DNA of 64,000 nucleotides from Planctomycetota bacterium (GTDB lineage Bacteria; Planctomycetota; UBA8742; UBA2392): NCBI GenBank assembly GCA_020425605.1, contig JAGQRH010000001.1, positions 92,650 to 156,649 of the forward strand, read 5' to 3'. Shown piece by piece: positions 61,947 to 64,000 of this stretch (position 1 is its first letter; each line of letters starts with the position of its first letter). The notes under the pieces were generated by a model. It saw only the letters and a program-made list of their open reading frames with translations, ran no database searches and was not told where the DNA came from. The position numbers and the translations under genes were made by a program.

Positions 61947-64000
61947 TTAACGGCCGGTCGGGACAAAAGACTCCGCCGAAATGGAACCGTCTGCCCCGAG
62001 GCGGAATGTAACGGCGCCGGACTCCCAGGTTCGCCAGACCCTGGCCCCGGAAGCGTCATATGCGGCTATTGCGTCCTCGGCCGGGAAGGTCTCGCGTGCG
62101 GAGAGCACGACGTGCCCCGGCCGCAGGCGCTTGAGCAGGCTGTCGAGGCCGTCCACGTGACTGCCCTGGTGGGGGGCAAACAGCACATCGACACCGCGCT
62201 GATCCATCAGCGGCATCACGCCCGCCAGCCCGGCTGACTCGACATCGCTGGGCAGCAGCACGCGCCTCTCACCAGCGAGCAACTCAAGCACCAGGCCGCT
62301 GTCGTTGCGTCGTGTCTGCTCGCTGATGACGCTGGAGGCAAAGCCGGCGTCGGGCCAGAGACAGCGGATCTCCAGTCGGTCCGCAAGCGTGACTCGGTCT
62401 CCGCGCTTGAGCCGCTGGACGTCGGCGCGCTCTGCCAGCCACGCGAGCATCTCCCGGCCGGTGTCGTCGGCGTCGAATACTTCGGACACGTAGACACGCC
62501 CGACGCTGAAACGATCAAACAGCTGCGGCAGGCCGTTCACGTGGTCGGCGTCTACATGGCTGATGAAGAGAACGTCAATGTGGTCACGGCCGCGCGACCA
62601 GAGGTAGGGGGCCAGCACCCGTTCGCCGACGCCGCCGAGGCTGGTGCTGCCGCAATCGAGGACTGCACACGGACCGTCGGAGACCTCGAACACGACGCAC
62701 TGGCCTTGCCCGACGTCCAGGGCCGTCATGCGCGCGGGGCCCGGCTGCTCTGCGTGGGCCAGAGACAACATCGGCAGCAGACAGAGCCATAGCAGCCACA
62801 GCGCAGCACCGGACATGCGGGGCAGCCTCAGTCGGGGCGCAATGACGATGAGAGCCAGCGCGACGTAATAGCCGATCAGCCACCATTCCGGAGGCGACGG
62901 CAGGAACAGGTGTCCGCCGGGAAGGGCGGCAAACGTGCCTGCAACGAGTTCAAGCAAGCCGGCAAGCATGGACAGCAGCCAGGCCAACGCCTCACCAACA
63001 ACAGGCACGACTGCAAGCGGGATGAGTAGCGCAACGCCAAGCATGGCTGTCAGGAGCGGCCCGACGATGAGGTTGGTAAGCAGCATCGATGGGCTGACAA
63101 TGTGCACGGAATACGCAAGCAGGGGCCATGTGCACAACCCCACAGCCAGCGAGATCCTGAATGATGCCGCAAGCCAGTCGCGGCCTGTCTCCCAGGGCCT
63201 GCGCGTCAGTCGCTCTGAGTCAGTGAGAGGACGACGCAGACGCAGCGCCGGGGCGATAGCAAGGATGCCGAACACAGCCAGGTAGCTGAGCTGGAAACCC
63301 AGCTCGGTGACGTCACCGGGATTGATTGCCAGCGAGACAATCGCACTGGCGCCCAGCACATTTAGCGGATCCGGGCGGCGTAACAGGATCCGGCCAAGCG
63401 CATAGACAACCACCATGACGGTTGCACGCAGCACACTCGGCTGGACCCCGGTGATGAAAAGGTAGACCAGCGCGGCGGACCCTGCCGCGCCCCATGCCCA
63501 GCGTGGATCTACGCCGAATGCACGAAGTATCAGCAACACTGCCGCCGCCAGTAGTCCGACGTGTAGACCGCTGACGACCAGCAGGTGCACTGTGCCCGAC
63601 CGGACGAATTTCGAGCGCTGTGCGGGTGTCAGGTTCCCGCGCTCGCCGAGCAGTGTCGCCCCCAGGATCGCTGCCCGCTCCCGCGACATGCGGGAGCCGA
63701 TCAGCTCATGGAATTTCTCGTGCACCCACGGTGCGACCCGGCGCGGATCCCAGCCGGCCGGGGGTGATAGCAGCTCGATCTGGCCTGCATCCTTGATCGA
63801 GAGCGTGTGCGAGATACCGCGGTGCGCGTAGCGATCCCGGCTGTCCAGCTCGCCTGGGTTGCCCGCGCGGCGGGGTCGCCTCAGCCGCCCGATCAGGCGC
63901 ACTCGCGAGTTGACGGGCACCTGCGTCTCGGGCGGCGCATAGACCTTTAGTATGCCTGTAGCGTCGCGTTCCAGGTCGGGCAGGGCCTCGACGCGCAGCA
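61947..64000 (-). CDS. comEC: ComEC/Rec2 DNA-internalisation competence protein (5' end beyond window)
   Basis: SGTVHLLVVSGLHV, PSVLRA, GFQLSY, LDVGQG, SHVDADH and PHQGS motifs; frame open to the window end. Confidence 0.95.
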   Translation of the reverse strand, partial: LRVEALPDLERDATGILKVYAPPETQVPVNSRVRLIGRLRRPRRAGNPGELDSRDRYAHRGISHTLSIKDAGQIELLSPPAGWDPRRVAPWVHEKFHELIGSRMSRERAAILGATLLGERGNLTPAQRSKFVRSGTVHLLVVSGLHVGLLAAAVLLILRAFGVDPRWAWGAAGSAALVYLFITGVQPSVLRATVMVVVYALGRILLRRPDPLNVLGASAIVSLAINPGDVTELGFQLSYLAVFGILAIAPALRLRRPLTDSERLTRRPWETGRDWLAASFRISLAVGLCTWPLLAYSVHIVSPSMLLTNLIVGPLLTAMLGVALLIPLAVVPVVGEALAWLLSMLAGLLELVAGTFAALPGGHLFLPSPPEWWLIGYYVALALIVIAPRLRLPRMSGAALWLLWLCLLPMLSLAHAEQPGPARMTALDVGQGQCVVFEVSDGPCAVLDCGSTSLGGVGERVLAPYLWSRGRDHIDVLFISHVDADHVNGLPQLFDRFSVGRVYVSEVFDADDTGREMLAWLAERADVQRLKRGDRVTLADRLEIRCLWPDAGFASSVISEQTRRNDSGLVLELLAGERRVLLPSDVESAGLAGVMPLMDQRGVDVLFAPHQGSHVDGLDSLLKRLRPGHVVLSARETFPAEDAIAAYDASGARVWRTWESGAVTFRLGADGSISAESFVPTGR

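Overview
High-GC bacterial chromosomal window, gene-dense, most likely from a Planctomycetota-type organism (DUF1549/DUF1553 protein, two eukaryote-like Ser/Thr kinases, ECF sigma/anti-sigma pair, DUF58/BatA pair; this placement is inference). It holds about 60 CDSs. Recognisable housekeeping genes are znuA/C/B-type ABC genes, xdhC/mocA, fabL, an acyl-CoA dehydrogenase, pheS, hutU, priA, rnpA, eno, ispD, rpsO, pnp, accA and a partial comEC. I found no rRNA, tRNA, CRISPR array, integrase or transposase. Main observations: (1) a hidden selenoprotein, where two annotated ORFs join through an in-frame UGA into an exported thioredoxin (CxxUxxC) / CxxCH / 2xPDZ protein with a SECIS-like hairpin; (2) a family of intergenic elements made of inverted 7-nt tandem-repeat arms directly after stop codons, one enclosing a four-helix-bundle (bAvd-like) gene and the others empty, which suggests a transposase-free gene-shuttling cassette system; (3) several apparently de-functionalised folds, including an NSS/LeuT-like transporter, an HI0933 flavoprotein and a protoglobin-like protein; (4) a pentaheme cytochrome beside an outer-membrane beta-barrel; (5) an RTX-repeat gene whose signal peptide is in a different reading frame; (6) a PTPS-III-type folate bypass enzyme. 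All family assignments come from motif recognition by eye; no database searches were run.
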